64,000 nucleotides of DNA from Candidatus Bathyarchaeia archaeon (GTDB lineage: Archaea; Thermoproteota; Bathyarchaeia; TCS64): the NCBI GenBank assembly GCA_050014495.1, contig JBEKDF010000012.1, positions 1 through 64,000 of the forward strand, written 5' to 3'. Below are positions 48,801 to 57,725 of this stretch, piece after piece. The translations under genes and the position numbers were made by a program. The notes beneath the pieces are model-generated. The model was not told the origin of the DNA and ran no database searches. It saw only the letters and a program-made list of their open reading frames with translations. Each line of letters begins with the position of its first letter. Positions within the stretch are counted from its first letter, which is position 1.

Positions 48801-49299
48801 GGAGTGCAGCGACATTAACCTCGGCAGCTTCCACGGAGCCTACAATACCCTAACTACGATGGTGGATAAGTTGGATAGCCAGCTGGAGCTTGCGTCAAAA
48901 CTTCGTGCTGTCGACTCGAGGCAGGTAGCTCTAAAGATCCTCAATAGTCACTTTATGAAGGACATTGTGGGTAATCTCCGAGCCTTTACGAGTCAGACCT
49001 TCCGTTGTACTAAATGCAACAGGAAGTACAGGCGTCCGCCGCTGAGTGGGAAGTGTCAACGCTGCGGTGGCTCAATTCAGATGACAGTCCATAGGGGAGG
49101 CATAGAAAAGTACCTGAAGACTGCCCTTGATATGGTGAAGAAGTATGACTTAGACCAGTATTACGTAGACCGCCTTGAGTTAGTCAGTCTAGAGATCGGG
49201 CAGATCTTCGTCGAGGAAGCAGTCCCCGAGGAGCTCTCGAAGCAGTTCAGCCTTACTGAATTTATGAGGGGTGGAACTGAGAGGAAGCCGGTACAGTAA
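45859..49299 (+). CDS. polD2: DNA polymerase D large subunit DP2 (no intein)
   Basis: YFAGPIR.AGGT, GFRLRYGR, RMGRPEKA, KDGT.RFD, KRRNCDGDED, C-terminal zinc finger; 1146 aa. Confidence 0.97.
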   Translation: MSQLRMTPEYRAYFDELDNKLAKLYEVAGEAKTKGLDASREVEVQITHDIAERVEKMLGPPGLTVRMRELEGMDRREMAFKIAEEITLGRFGSFDKEKSADQAIRTALAIMTEGVTVAPIEGLPKIVIKVNPDRTQYLSLYFAGPIRPAGGTAQAMTLVVADHVRKRLGLDKFQPSENQVQRFIEEVRLYERTVRRFQYHVTDEDLEAAIRQIPVEATGVATDPFEVSNYRDIVGIETNRLRGGALIVVVDGIVGRARKLHGACDNLGVTGWEWLLKMGRKKKVEGEEKAEPTAAFMDEIIVGRPVFSFPGAVGGFRLRYGRARNTGLAASGVHPATMVILNKFLVTGVQMRTELPGKSAATCPVDSIEPPVVRLKDGSVQRVETEIEAERLLPLVDRILFLGDYLSNAGDFIQNNKALLPTGYDENQFIQDLRAACTHVGDDAAVSLTGLLAERIAYLRSSPLNKPTVDEALALTSMDVPIHPRWNYHWSALTRDEIISLRNSLASEYSPDSTEFPNFPEVKSALERLLIPHRVKGGHLDLGEDARVVARTLDLKQRYTEIKGEKPLEVINFLADFPVREKVGVFVGARMGRPEKAKERRMAPYVHCLYPVGEAGGPQRDILKAEKGKVVRVELSQRQCLNCGDIGPTTVCQNCGGETKEIRRCSRCGLRFEGERCPQCRSEIVSYASVDVDLKEELEAARKMIGGQLPGRVKCVKRLMNQTRTPEHLAKGILRARYDLSVFKDGTLRFDLTDIPLTHFKPSEVGVSVDVLRSLGYTHDTNGEPLVEEGQMLELKVQDVILPEDCGDYLLKVSKFLDEQLRDFYKMKPFYNAKSRSDLIGSLLLGLAPHTSAAISGRLVGFTRVRNQYAHPLWHAAKRRNCDGDEDAVMLALDPLLNFSKAYLPQQSGGQMDAPLFVIPILNPSEVDKEAHNLDVNESYPPEFYSLCAEGAGSGQYGALVDTIGARLGTEAQFQGFSYTEECSDINLGSFHGAYNTLTTMVDKLDSQLELASKLRAVDSRQVALKILNSHFMKDIVGNLRAFTSQTFRCTKCNRKYRRPPLSGKCQRCGGSIQMTVHRGGIEKYLKTALDMVKKYDLDQYYVDRLELVSLEIGQIFVEEAVPEELSKQFSLTEFMRGGTERKPVQ

Positions 49300-49339
49300 C
49301 CCTTTTAGGGGAAACTGCCTGTATCTGGGTGTACCATCA

Positions 49340-49528
49340 ATGAGCGGAAAGAAGAAGAAGAAGGACCAGTCACCTGGGATGCCACAGAGCAGCGCTGGGC
49401 TCATGAGGTTCTTCCAGGACGAGACGAATGGTCCGAAGGTGAGGCCGGAATTTGTCATCGGCGGTGCCTTCGCGTTGATAGCAATTGTCATCGTGGCGAG
49501 AGTGTTCTTCGCAGGCTTACTCGGGTAG
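49340..49528 (+). CDS. secG: Preprotein translocase subunit Sec61beta
   Basis: PQSSAGLMRFFQDE..GPKVRPE plus single TM; ATG at 49340. Confidence 0.92.
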   Translation: MSGKKKKKDQSPGMPQSSAGLMRFFQDETNGPKVRPEFVIGGAFALIAIVIVARVFFAGLLG

Positions 49529-49587
49529 CTCTGTTAAAGCCTTTTAACCACATTAAGTGTAGGTCCATCAATTAGGTAGGGTCAATT

Positions 49588-51363
49588 CTGTCGTCAAGCA
49601 GGGAAGCCATAGGTAACATAATTGACTACTACTCATACCTCTTCACATTTCCCTCTCGCCTTACGATGGTCTTATTCACCCTTGTGACTATGGGAGTAGC
49701 AAGCGCCCTTTCATTCTGTCTAGCTTTTGGTCCGATTGGACTTGCACAGGGCCTAATATTTGGCGTAATGGCAATCGCAGCCCCAGTGATAGCCTCCGAT
49801 CTCGTCACAGAAACTCTCTACAAGGGGGATCCCCTCCTAAATCCGAGGAGGATAAGCATCATATCATTCGTTTGGTGTTTAGCTGGCGGGGCCCTTCTTG
49901 TTGTATTTGGTATACTATCAGGAGTTACAGGTAGGCTTGATTTGCTTCTTCGTGGAATCTTATTGACGGTTTACTCATCCGTGGGGATCAGAACCATTAT
50001 ATTCTCGGTTTTTTCGACACGCAGCTTGGCGAAGACAGCTATGGCGATTGGGTTCCAACCACTCCTGATGCTGACTGGGACCTATCTTTTCTTTCCACAG
50101 GTTTGGCAAGTTTCTCCCTCGGTCCTCCTAATTATTCTCGCATTAATTCTACTTGGACCAGCGATTCTACTCATCAGGTTGAGACTGTGGAGCCTTGGCC
50201 CAATTAGAATAATCCCTCTATTCAGAGGATTTGTCTATGCCTGGGCGGAGCAGTATAATGAGACTTTGGAGGACCAGCTCGCCATGATATCCGAGTCGGT
50301 GAGACTTGAAGCTGACGAGCTTTCATTCTCCGCTTCGGAGGAGTGTCTAGGCAACTTCGTGGCTCCCTACATCCACCCCGGCCCCTTTAGGAACGTCGGT
50401 AGCAGTTGTATCAGTACCGTAATTACAGACGGGATGTCTTGTGAAACGCTGGTTGTACACGGTATTTCGAGTCATGATAGGGATATGGTGATGAGCAGAG
50501 ATATGGAAAGGATTGTCTCGGCTCTAAAAGAACCTTCAAACCAGTTAAAATCGGGGATATGTACTCCCATGGTGAGGGCGGAGGTCTCTGGGGCCAAAGC
50601 GTCGTGTCAAATATTTGGCTCAGTTGCACTCCTCACACTTACCTTAAGCCCAAAGAGCCACGATGATATCCCCGACGTGGTTAAGGACCGAGTTAGGGAG
50701 GCAGCGTCAAAGCAAGGATTAGAAGCTGTGATTGTTGATGCCCATAATTGCCTTGATAGTGAGGACCTAATATTCGAAGTTGATGAGAAAAACCTCATTG
50801 ATGCTGCTGAGAATGCTATGATTAAAGCCAAGAAATCAAATAGCGGGTCATTCAATGCAGGCATCTACCGCATCAGACCATCGGAGTGGGGTCCGAACGA
50901 GGGGATGGGTACATGTGGGATTGGTGTGTTAGTCGTCGAGACAAATGCCGGAAAGAACGCCTATATTGTATTCGACAGTAATAATATAATTCAAGGGCTC
51001 CGGGAGGAAATTCTAGCTCGAGTTTCCTCGTTGAACTTCGTGGAGGCTGAGGTGATGTCTTCGGACACCCATATGGTGAATGCTATCGGTGCCACGGATA
51101 GGGGATACCATCCCGCCGGCGAGACGATGGAGCACAAAAGGGTAATTCAGTATGTCGAGGAGGCATTGAAGGGGGTAGAGTTGTCTCCAGCGGAGGTCTC
51201 CTTCATGAGGGTGGCCGTTGATGACGTGCCAATCATAGGGGTTAAGGGTATTGAGGTCCTCAGAGACGTCGTTAAGACAAGTTTCAGCGTGTTCATTAGG
51301 ACAGCCGCTATAGCCCTACCTCTTAGCTTCGTAGCCGCGGTAGCTGCAGCACTTCTCCTTTGA
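49588..51363 (+). CDS. DUF2070 family membrane protein
   Basis: N-terminal TMs, HPGPF.NVGSS, VDAHN, DSNN, SDTH; frame is open upstream of ATG 49666, start placed tentatively at CTG 49588. Confidence 0.85.
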   Translation: MSSSREAIGNIIDYYSYLFTFPSRLTMVLFTLVTMGVASALSFCLAFGPIGLAQGLIFGVMAIAAPVIASDLVTETLYKGDPLLNPRRISIISFVWCLAGGALLVVFGILSGVTGRLDLLLRGILLTVYSSVGIRTIIFSVFSTRSLAKTAMAIGFQPLLMLTGTYLFFPQVWQVSPSVLLIILALILLGPAILLIRLRLWSLGPIRIIPLFRGFVYAWAEQYNETLEDQLAMISESVRLEADELSFSASEECLGNFVAPYIHPGPFRNVGSSCISTVITDGMSCETLVVHGISSHDRDMVMSRDMERIVSALKEPSNQLKSGICTPMVRAEVSGAKASCQIFGSVALLTLTLSPKSHDDIPDVVKDRVREAASKQGLEAVIVDAHNCLDSEDLIFEVDEKNLIDAAENAMIKAKKSNSGSFNAGIYRIRPSEWGPNEGMGTCGIGVLVVETNAGKNAYIVFDSNNIIQGLREEILARVSSLNFVEAEVMSSDTHMVNAIGATDRGYHPAGETMEHKRVIQYVEEALKGVELSPAEVSFMRVAVDDVPIIGVKGIEVLRDVVKTSFSVFIRTAAIALPLSFVAAVAAALLL

Positions 51364-51405
51364 TTACATTTAAATCCTCAACCACGTCCCTACGCGGATA
51401 AACCC

Positions 51406-51687
51406 TTGATTGGCGACCCACAGGAACGGGGTAACTACGTTATAGTCGGGGCGAAGCCTACGATGAACTATGTAGTAGCCTGCCTGACTTTATTTAATGA
51501 GGGTGTACCAGGTGTAGTTCTGAGAGCACGCGGGAGAAATATTACAAATGCAGTAGACACCGCGGAAATGCTGCGAAGGGTCTTCATACGTGACGCCCGT
51601 ATCGATTCCATAAAAATAGGCACCGACACTAGATTGGACCCCGAGGAAAATGTTTCGACTATAGAGATCGCCCTAATATCCAAGTAG
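51406..51687 (+). CDS. albA: DNA/RNA-binding protein Alba
   Basis: VGAKPTMNYV, LRARGRNI..AVD, IKIGT, VSTIEI. Confidence 0.92.
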   Translation: MIGDPQERGNYVIVGAKPTMNYVVACLTLFNEGVPGVVLRARGRNITNAVDTAEMLRRVFIRDARIDSIKIGTDTRLDPEENVSTIEIALISK

Positions 51688-51710
51688 GATAAACCGTCAC
51701 TATTTTTCTC

Positions 51711-51900
51711 TCACTTACACCGTTTGCACAAGACCTAAGTGAAGGACTCTGGCGGAGAACATTATTTGAAAAGGCTCATAATATCCGCGTTTCCCACCGA
51801 GGTATAGGATTCTACACCGTCTTAACGGTGCACGTTCTGCATGCTCTGCGAAAGCGGGGATGCTACTAGCTGAGAGCAACGGGTGTAGGACTACCCACGT
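51711..51900 (+). ncRNA. Candidate structured RNA element of unknown class
   Basis: Four hairpins, including a GU-containing stem with GAAA tetraloop at 51839-51863, in an ORF-free gap. Confidence 0.35.
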
Positions 51901-52069
51901 ATATGAATAGAGTTTGAATGATAAGATCCAGGATTTCCAATCTTGTCTAGATTCTTCCGATATTCTGGAGAATCATCAGGAAATTTGAGGCTGTGAGGCA
52001 TGTGTTGGGTAAACGTCACTCCTTTTATCCTAGGTAGAATAAAGTAGACCCCGCAGAGGGTGAATAGGG

Positions 52070-53407
52070 TTGAGTTACCCGAAGATAGTTGTCACGCCTC
52101 CTGGCCCCAAGGCAAAGAAGATAGTTGCCAGGGACGAGAGGTACATATCCCCCTCCTTTGGAAGGGCATATCCCTTGGTAGTGAAGGAGGCGAAGGGCTG
52201 TATAGTCACCGACGTTGACGGAAACGAGTTCATTGATATGAACTCAGGTTTAGCTGTTACAAGCGTCGGGCACAGCCATCCTAAGGTGCTAAAGGCTATT
52301 CATGAGCAAGTGGATAAATTCCTTAGCTATAGCTACACAGACTTCTTTTACGAAAACTACGTCGATCTTGGAGAACAACTCCATGGTATCGTGCCAGGGA
52401 CGCATGAAAAAAAGTTCTTTTACGGGAACAGCGGTGCAGAGGCTAATGAGGCTGCGATCAAGCTCGCCCGCTGGCATACGAAACGTCAGTATATCCTCGC
52501 CTATATTAGCAGCTTCCATGGCAGGACGATGGGGGCTTTAAGCCTAACTGCATCAAGACCAGCGCAACGACGATATTTCGCGCCCCTTGTACCCAGCGTC
52601 GAGCATCTATTCTACCCCTATTGCTACCGTTGCCCCTTCAACTTAGAGTGCCCAAGCTGCGACTATTACTGCGTCGACTACATAGAGGAATACCTCTTCA
52701 GTAAATACGTGCCCCCGGAGGAGGTAGCGATGCTCATTGTCGAGGCCGTCCAGGGGGAGGGCGGATACGTCGTGCCACCCAAAGGTTACTTTAAGAAACT
52801 GAAGAAGCTCCTGGACACGTACGGTATACTCCTTGCAGTGGATGAGGTTCAGAGCGGAATGGGTAGGACCGGCAAGTGGTTCGCAATAGAGCATTTCGAC
52901 GTTATACCGGACATTGTCACCATTGCTAAGGCAATCGCTGCTGGCCTTCCACTGGGCGTCATGGCATCACGAGCTGACCTCCAGGACTGGACACCCGGTA
53001 GCCACGCCTCCACTTTCGGAGCTAACCCTGTGGCTTGTGCTGCTGCATCTGCTGTTATAAAGGCGATGAAGGAGGAGAAGATGCTCGAGAACGCCCAGAA
53101 ACAAGGTGCACATATAATGAAGAGGCTTAACGAGATGAAGGAGAGCCACCCGATGATCGGTGACGTGCGTGGTCTAGGACTTATGTGTGGCGTCGAACTT
53201 GTGAAGGACAAAAAGAGCAAGATCCCGGCAGCCCAGGAGACAGAGGATGTAATGATGGATTGCTTTAGGAAGGGTATTGCTCTCGTCAACTGCGGTAAAA
53301 GTGTCATACGAATGATGCCTCCACTCACCATCACGCAGGATCTAGTCGACAAGAGTCTCGATGTCCTAAACGAAAGCATAGGCGTTATTGAGAAGACCCG
53401 GAAGTAA
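52070..53407 (+). CDS. Class III PLP aminotransferase (4-aminobutyrate/acetylornithine type)
   Basis: NSGAEANE, FHGRT, QGEGG, DEVQSGMGRTG, TIAK, STFG. Confidence 0.93.
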   Translation: MSYPKIVVTPPGPKAKKIVARDERYISPSFGRAYPLVVKEAKGCIVTDVDGNEFIDMNSGLAVTSVGHSHPKVLKAIHEQVDKFLSYSYTDFFYENYVDLGEQLHGIVPGTHEKKFFYGNSGAEANEAAIKLARWHTKRQYILAYISSFHGRTMGALSLTASRPAQRRYFAPLVPSVEHLFYPYCYRCPFNLECPSCDYYCVDYIEEYLFSKYVPPEEVAMLIVEAVQGEGGYVVPPKGYFKKLKKLLDTYGILLAVDEVQSGMGRTGKWFAIEHFDVIPDIVTIAKAIAAGLPLGVMASRADLQDWTPGSHASTFGANPVACAAASAVIKAMKEEKMLENAQKQGAHIMKRLNEMKESHPMIGDVRGLGLMCGVELVKDKKSKIPAAQETEDVMMDCFRKGIALVNCGKSVIRMMPPLTITQDLVDKSLDVLNESIGVIEKTRK

Positions 53408-53492
53408 TAGGGTTAATTTTCAAATATGCTCATGCTTCCGACCGTCTGAGGGTTTTCTAAAATAATATGGAGTACATACAACGGTAATGGGT

Positions 53493-55013
53493 CTACTTCT
53501 TTAGAACTTTAATTCTTGTAAATTGGGTACTGGTTACTTGCATGAGTCCATCGAAGGGCTCTCGGATGTTGCAGTTCTCGAGCAGTATTCGAGCCCCGGC
53601 TGTAAGACCCTCAACGGCCTTCCCATGCTCCCTCCAGAGGCTTATCCTAGCCTCTCCAGTACCGTCGTCAACGCGAAAACTCATCACGTTTGTGGGTCCC
53701 CGCATCGTGTTGACTTCCCTACTTATCGGGTCGTCGAGGAGCTGCCCCTCGACCGTGATGTTCTTCTGTCCCTCCTTGAGGTCCTTAATCTGGGTGATAC
53801 GATCGGCGGCATCGAGGATCTCGATCTGGACTTCGGGGGGGTTTATCTTCATAGTGCCGAGGCGGCCCACGTTTAGATCTGTCGAGTTGCCATAGCCAGC
53901 ACGTGTGTAGCCATTCTCAACTGCGACTATAGTACCGATGGGCATATCGCTTAAGGCGTTCACGTCGTCGTCCCAAAGGCTGAGTCTGATTACGCCTGTC
54001 TCGTCCTCAAGGACGACGGAAGCAACACGGCCCTTCGTTCCATCCTTCCGTGTGAACTCTCGAGGCTCTCCGACGCTGGTTACCTTACCTGCGACGCTTA
54101 CACTTCGCATCCCGTCCTTCAGCTCCCCTATCTTCGACCACTGATTGAGTGGCTCATGGGGAAGAACACCCTCCTCTAGTACCTCTACCTCACTGTTCCT
54201 GTTAAGGTGAATCTCAAAGCCACCGCCTTGGCGGACCTTGGCATTAGCTCCTATGATTCTGACCCTCGTGCCGTCACTTAGCTTTGCTGCTTCCTCAACC
54301 TTCTCGTCCCATAGGACCGCTGTGATCTGTCTGCCGCCTTCTTCTAGTGTAAGGCGAACAACCTTACCTTCAGTCCCATCCTTACGGGTGAAGGTTGATT
54401 GAGGGGATCGGCCCATGATGACTCCCTCGACATTGATTGCACCGATAGCGCTTATCTGCCCTGGAGTCTTAAAAAAGGAATCCATTTGAGGGAACTCGGA
54501 GTCGACAACGTCGAGGGGCTCCATGTAAACGCTACCCCTATTGCCCACGTTAACCTCGACTTCACCGCTTCCCTGCCTTTCTCGGCTATAGCCATGAAGG
54601 ACCCTTATAATCTTCCCACGAGTAACCTTGCTTGCTATTATATGATCAGCTTTGTCGTCCCAGAAGACGACTGCAACGATTCCTGTTGCATCCCCTATAA
54701 GCATTCTGAGAACCTTACCCTGGCGCCCGTCGGCCCGCTGGAAGGTTCTCGACGGAAATAAGTGGAGTACTCTCCCCGTGAGACTCACATCGTTGAGACC
54801 CGAGGTGAGAGCCCCTATTTTGAGCTTGGCCTCAATACGCTCGCCCGCTCCATCCATTCCAAGGTTGGAAGCGACCAAATGGGCTGCGGCCTCGTCAGTG
54901 AGTAAACCTGAGGCCTTTGTCTTCTCTTCCTGTATAAGGCGCTCGACTGCCTCCCTGGTTAGATTTGGCTTGACGGCAAGGATTCTTTTTATAACGTCCT
55001 CGGTGGCGGACAT
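53493..55013 (-). CDS. rpa: Replication protein A (four OB folds)
   Basis: N-terminal GLLTDEAAAHLVA helix plus four OB repeats with F.R.DG..G.V and D.TG....W motifs. Confidence 0.9.
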   Translation of the reverse strand: MSATEDVIKRILAVKPNLTREAVERLIQEEKTKASGLLTDEAAAHLVASNLGMDGAGERIEAKLKIGALTSGLNDVSLTGRVLHLFPSRTFQRADGRQGKVLRMLIGDATGIVAVVFWDDKADHIIASKVTRGKIIRVLHGYSRERQGSGEVEVNVGNRGSVYMEPLDVVDSEFPQMDSFFKTPGQISAIGAINVEGVIMGRSPQSTFTRKDGTEGKVVRLTLEEGGRQITAVLWDEKVEEAAKLSDGTRVRIIGANAKVRQGGGFEIHLNRNSEVEVLEEGVLPHEPLNQWSKIGELKDGMRSVSVAGKVTSVGEPREFTRKDGTKGRVASVVLEDETGVIRLSLWDDDVNALSDMPIGTIVAVENGYTRAGYGNSTDLNVGRLGTMKINPPEVQIEILDAADRITQIKDLKEGQKNITVEGQLLDDPISREVNTMRGPTNVMSFRVDDGTGEARISLWREHGKAVEGLTAGARILLENCNIREPFDGLMQVTSTQFTRIKVLKK

Positions 55014-55056
55014 GGCTGTAACGTCCTACCATTCGAGTAGGCGCTATAAAAGTGAT

Positions 55057-55170
55057 TTAGTGCTTTTCTTCAGGCTTTAGGAAGACGTAGATGAAACCCA
55101 AGCCGGCCGCAGCTAGGGCCAATATCCATGAAAGGTCGTTCAGAAGTGTGTAGAATGTACTGATGTCCAT
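55057..55170 (-). CDS. 37-aa single-pass membrane microprotein, below ORF-track cutoff
   Basis: MDISTFYTLLNDLSWILALAAAGLGFIYVFLKPEEKH*, co-oriented between the SWIM gene and rpa. Confidence 0.55.
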   Translation of the reverse strand: MDISTFYTLLNDLSWILALAAAGLGFIYVFLKPEEKH

Positions 55171-55204
55171 ATCGCCTAAGAGTAATTTATTAGAGTATTT
55201 AGGT

Positions 55205-55624
55205 TTAGTCTTCCTCGGAGCGTATCTGAGCACGCCACTCTCCTATGAGTAAGCGGTATGCTTCGTCCTCTTCCACCACAGGATCGTAGCTTCCTAAGGC
55301 ATCGGCGAGCTGTTGGCCAAGGAGGTGGTAACATAGACCTGTTTCCCCGTCAACAACACGAAAGTAGAAGTCGTCGCATCCGCAGTACCCCGCGTTTGGG
55401 TAAATCTGATACTCGCCGCCTTGCCCTACGACAACCCATATGACCCTCTCCGAGGTGTGAAATGTGTATTTCTTAACCCGATTTTCTTGGACTAGCCTCC
55501 ACGCCCTATCGAATCGGTAGCCAAATGTCCCTCGAAGCCTTTCCCAGTTAGAGCGACTCAGCTGCTTCTCCGAACGCACATCGTCAAGCACGCGTTCAAG
55601 TATGAGTCGTTCCTCTGTCACCAA
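55205..55624 (-). CDS. SWIM zinc-finger protein
   Basis: WVVVG..GEY...YCGCDDF...CYH (CxC..CxH). Confidence 0.85.
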   Translation of the reverse strand: MVTEERLILERVLDDVRSEKQLSRSNWERLRGTFGYRFDRAWRLVQENRVKKYTFHTSERVIWVVVGQGGEYQIYPNAGYCGCDDFYFRVVDGETGLCYHLLGQQLADALGSYDPVVEEDEAYRLLIGEWRAQIRSEED

Positions 55625-55715
55625 TCGACTTCATCGTAGAATATGCGTTTCCTTTTTTTACAGTTGCGGAGGGGAACCGGTTTAAATCCAGCGGAGAAGG
55701 GGAGTTCAGGTAGCC

Positions 55716-56555
55716 TTGATACGAGTTCTCGCTCCCTGGCCCGCGCTGCTGGCTGATATCGGCGAGAGAGTACTAATAGTCGCCGACCTCCATATCGGAC
55801 TTGAATATGAGCTCAGCAAAGCGGGCGTCAACATCCCCTTCCAAACGGAGAGAATTCAAGGCGAACTTCTAGCTCTATGCAAGGAGTATAAACCCGACAG
55901 ACTCGTAATCGCCGGGGACGTAAAACATGGTGTTCCAATAACTAGCTTTCAGGAGAAGAGGGAACTACCCACATTATTTGAGGTCTTACTTACTGAGGTC
56001 CCCAGAATTGATGTGACTAGGGGGAACCACGACGGTAACATACAGGACCTGGCTACAAAAAACGTCGAGATACATAGTAGTAAGGGCATAATCCTCGGCG
56101 ACGACTATAAAATAGCCATATTCCACGGTCATGCCTGGCCAAAGCCAAAGGCCCTAGAGGCTGACCTCCTTATAGCAGGGCACAACCACCCCACAGTACT
56201 GCTTCGCACTCCTCTCGGCATCAGGATGACGCAACGTGCTTGGGTCAAGGGAGTTGCAGATCCCCGGAGACTGGCGAAAGCGTTCCTAGAACAGGACGCC
56301 GTGAAGTATGAGGGTGATCCAGTCGCCGCCTTCGAAGAGCATTATAAAGCTGAGATGGGCTGCCCAGAGATGATACTTATGCCCACCTTCAACGATCTCC
56401 TCGGTGGTCTGCCCGTCAACGGGGAAGCCCCCCAGAGCCTCCTCGGTCCGATGCTTAGGAGAAACGCCATAAAGACCGACGACTTCGAGGTCTATCTCTT
56501 AGACGGCACATATCTTGGCACGGTCGGGTTCCTAAGGGAGCTGAACGCTGGTTAG
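55716..56555 (+). CDS. Calcineurin-like metallophosphoesterase (COG1407 type)
   Basis: ADLHIG, GDVKH, GNHD, HGH, GHNHP, MPTFN. Confidence 0.9.
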   Translation: MIRVLAPWPALLADIGERVLIVADLHIGLEYELSKAGVNIPFQTERIQGELLALCKEYKPDRLVIAGDVKHGVPITSFQEKRELPTLFEVLLTEVPRIDVTRGNHDGNIQDLATKNVEIHSSKGIILGDDYKIAIFHGHAWPKPKALEADLLIAGHNHPTVLLRTPLGIRMTQRAWVKGVADPRRLAKAFLEQDAVKYEGDPVAAFEEHYKAEMGCPEMILMPTFNDLLGGLPVNGEAPQSLLGPMLRRNAIKTDDFEVYLLDGTYLGTVGFLRELNAG

Positions 56556-56790
56556 CCCCCTCGTTTCGGTTGGGTTTACGTAGCGGGATTATAATCGTAG
56601 AAACATGAGGCAAAGAGATTACCGAGTTTTTAATAACCCAAAAAACTGGCAAAATATCGGAATCCCGAGGAAAAAAGCATCAAAATCTCTCCAAGGGATG
56701 ACTTCAATGTCGAGGAGTTGTGCGCCAATGCACACTTCAACGAAGCGATCGACGAGTTAATTAAAACTAGGACTCATTGAACCCGAGCTA

Positions 56791-57720
56791 CTACATAGAA
56801 GCGAGTATTGGTTTCAGGACCTCGCTGCACAGGTGGCACTTGTTAACATAGACGCCGCCTGGTCGTCCCTCCGCTAAGCCCATAGGACCCTTCTCCTTCA
56901 GAACTTGGAATACCTCGTTTCGCCATGCCTCCTCGAGCAGTTCCTCAAGATCCCAGTCGGAGAGGTTTCCTATGATAAAACCGGGGAGAGAAGCGGATGA
57001 GGAGCAGCATGGCATCACCTCACCCCCTGGCTTGATCCCAATGTCCCTGAGGACAGCCTCGCAGCCACCTGTTAGGGGTGAGCCGTCGAGGCGCCACTCA
57101 CCTGAGGGGAGGTTCACTCCCCTTCCCACAGGAATGAACCCGGACTCCAAGCCAATAACCGAGCCATACGGGTGACACGAGCTGTTGGGCCTTAACACTT
57201 CCTCCCCAAGTAACTGAGAGACTAATGCTAGGTCGATTTGGCTCGATCTTTTCAGGGTGGTCATAATCACCATCTTTATCCCCAGTCGTTTCGCAGCCTC
57301 GTAGCAGTTGCGTACTCTCTCGAAGGGGATCATGACTTGGTGAAAGTCATCGACGCTAAAGTTCAAGACCTCTAACCCAGCGTCCCTAAGCCGCTTGAGC
57401 GTACTAGTTGCTATCTCTCCCGACGCCGCCCACGAGCAATTCGTAACAAGCTCAGTCCACAGACCCCTCTGCGAGGCATATGCGACGATCCCCTCTAAGA
57501 GACTCGGGTAAAGCATAGGCTCGCCTCCCGTAAGACTCATCCATTTTATGGATGAGATATGTGCAGCCTTGTCTATGTAGCCCTCAGCGTCGTATCTGGA
57601 CATGGTCGCTCCTCTGCCCGGGGCGCAGCTAAACCAGCAGTGCCCGCACTCGACGTCACACTGCTCTGTGACCATCAACCCAACTCTGAACGGGGGAGGA
57701 GACTCAGACATCGGCGACAC
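56791..57720 (-). CDS. Radical SAM protein with SPASM/twitch-like C-terminus
   Basis: CDVECGHC, TGGEP, TN, C-terminal C..PCC..IGN..CHLC. Confidence 0.9.
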   Translation of the reverse strand: MSPMSESPPPFRVGLMVTEQCDVECGHCWFSCAPGRGATMSRYDAEGYIDKAAHISSIKWMSLTGGEPMLYPSLLEGIVAYASQRGLWTELVTNCSWAASGEIATSTLKRLRDAGLEVLNFSVDDFHQVMIPFERVRNCYEAAKRLGIKMVIMTTLKRSSQIDLALVSQLLGEEVLRPNSSCHPYGSVIGLESGFIPVGRGVNLPSGEWRLDGSPLTGGCEAVLRDIGIKPGGEVMPCCSSSASLPGFIIGNLSDWDLEELLEEAWRNEVFQVLKEKGPMGLAEGRPGGVYVNKCHLCSEVLKPILASM

Positions 57721-57725
57721 CGGTT

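Noticed and set aside
45859..49299. Intein in DP2
   Set aside because: KRRNCDGDED is uninterrupted and the length matches intein-free DP2
51855..51900. TPP riboswitch (GGGGATGC...GCTGAGAG)
   Set aside because: The downstream ACCTGAT and CGTAGGGA elements are missing, and the next gene is unrelated to thiamine
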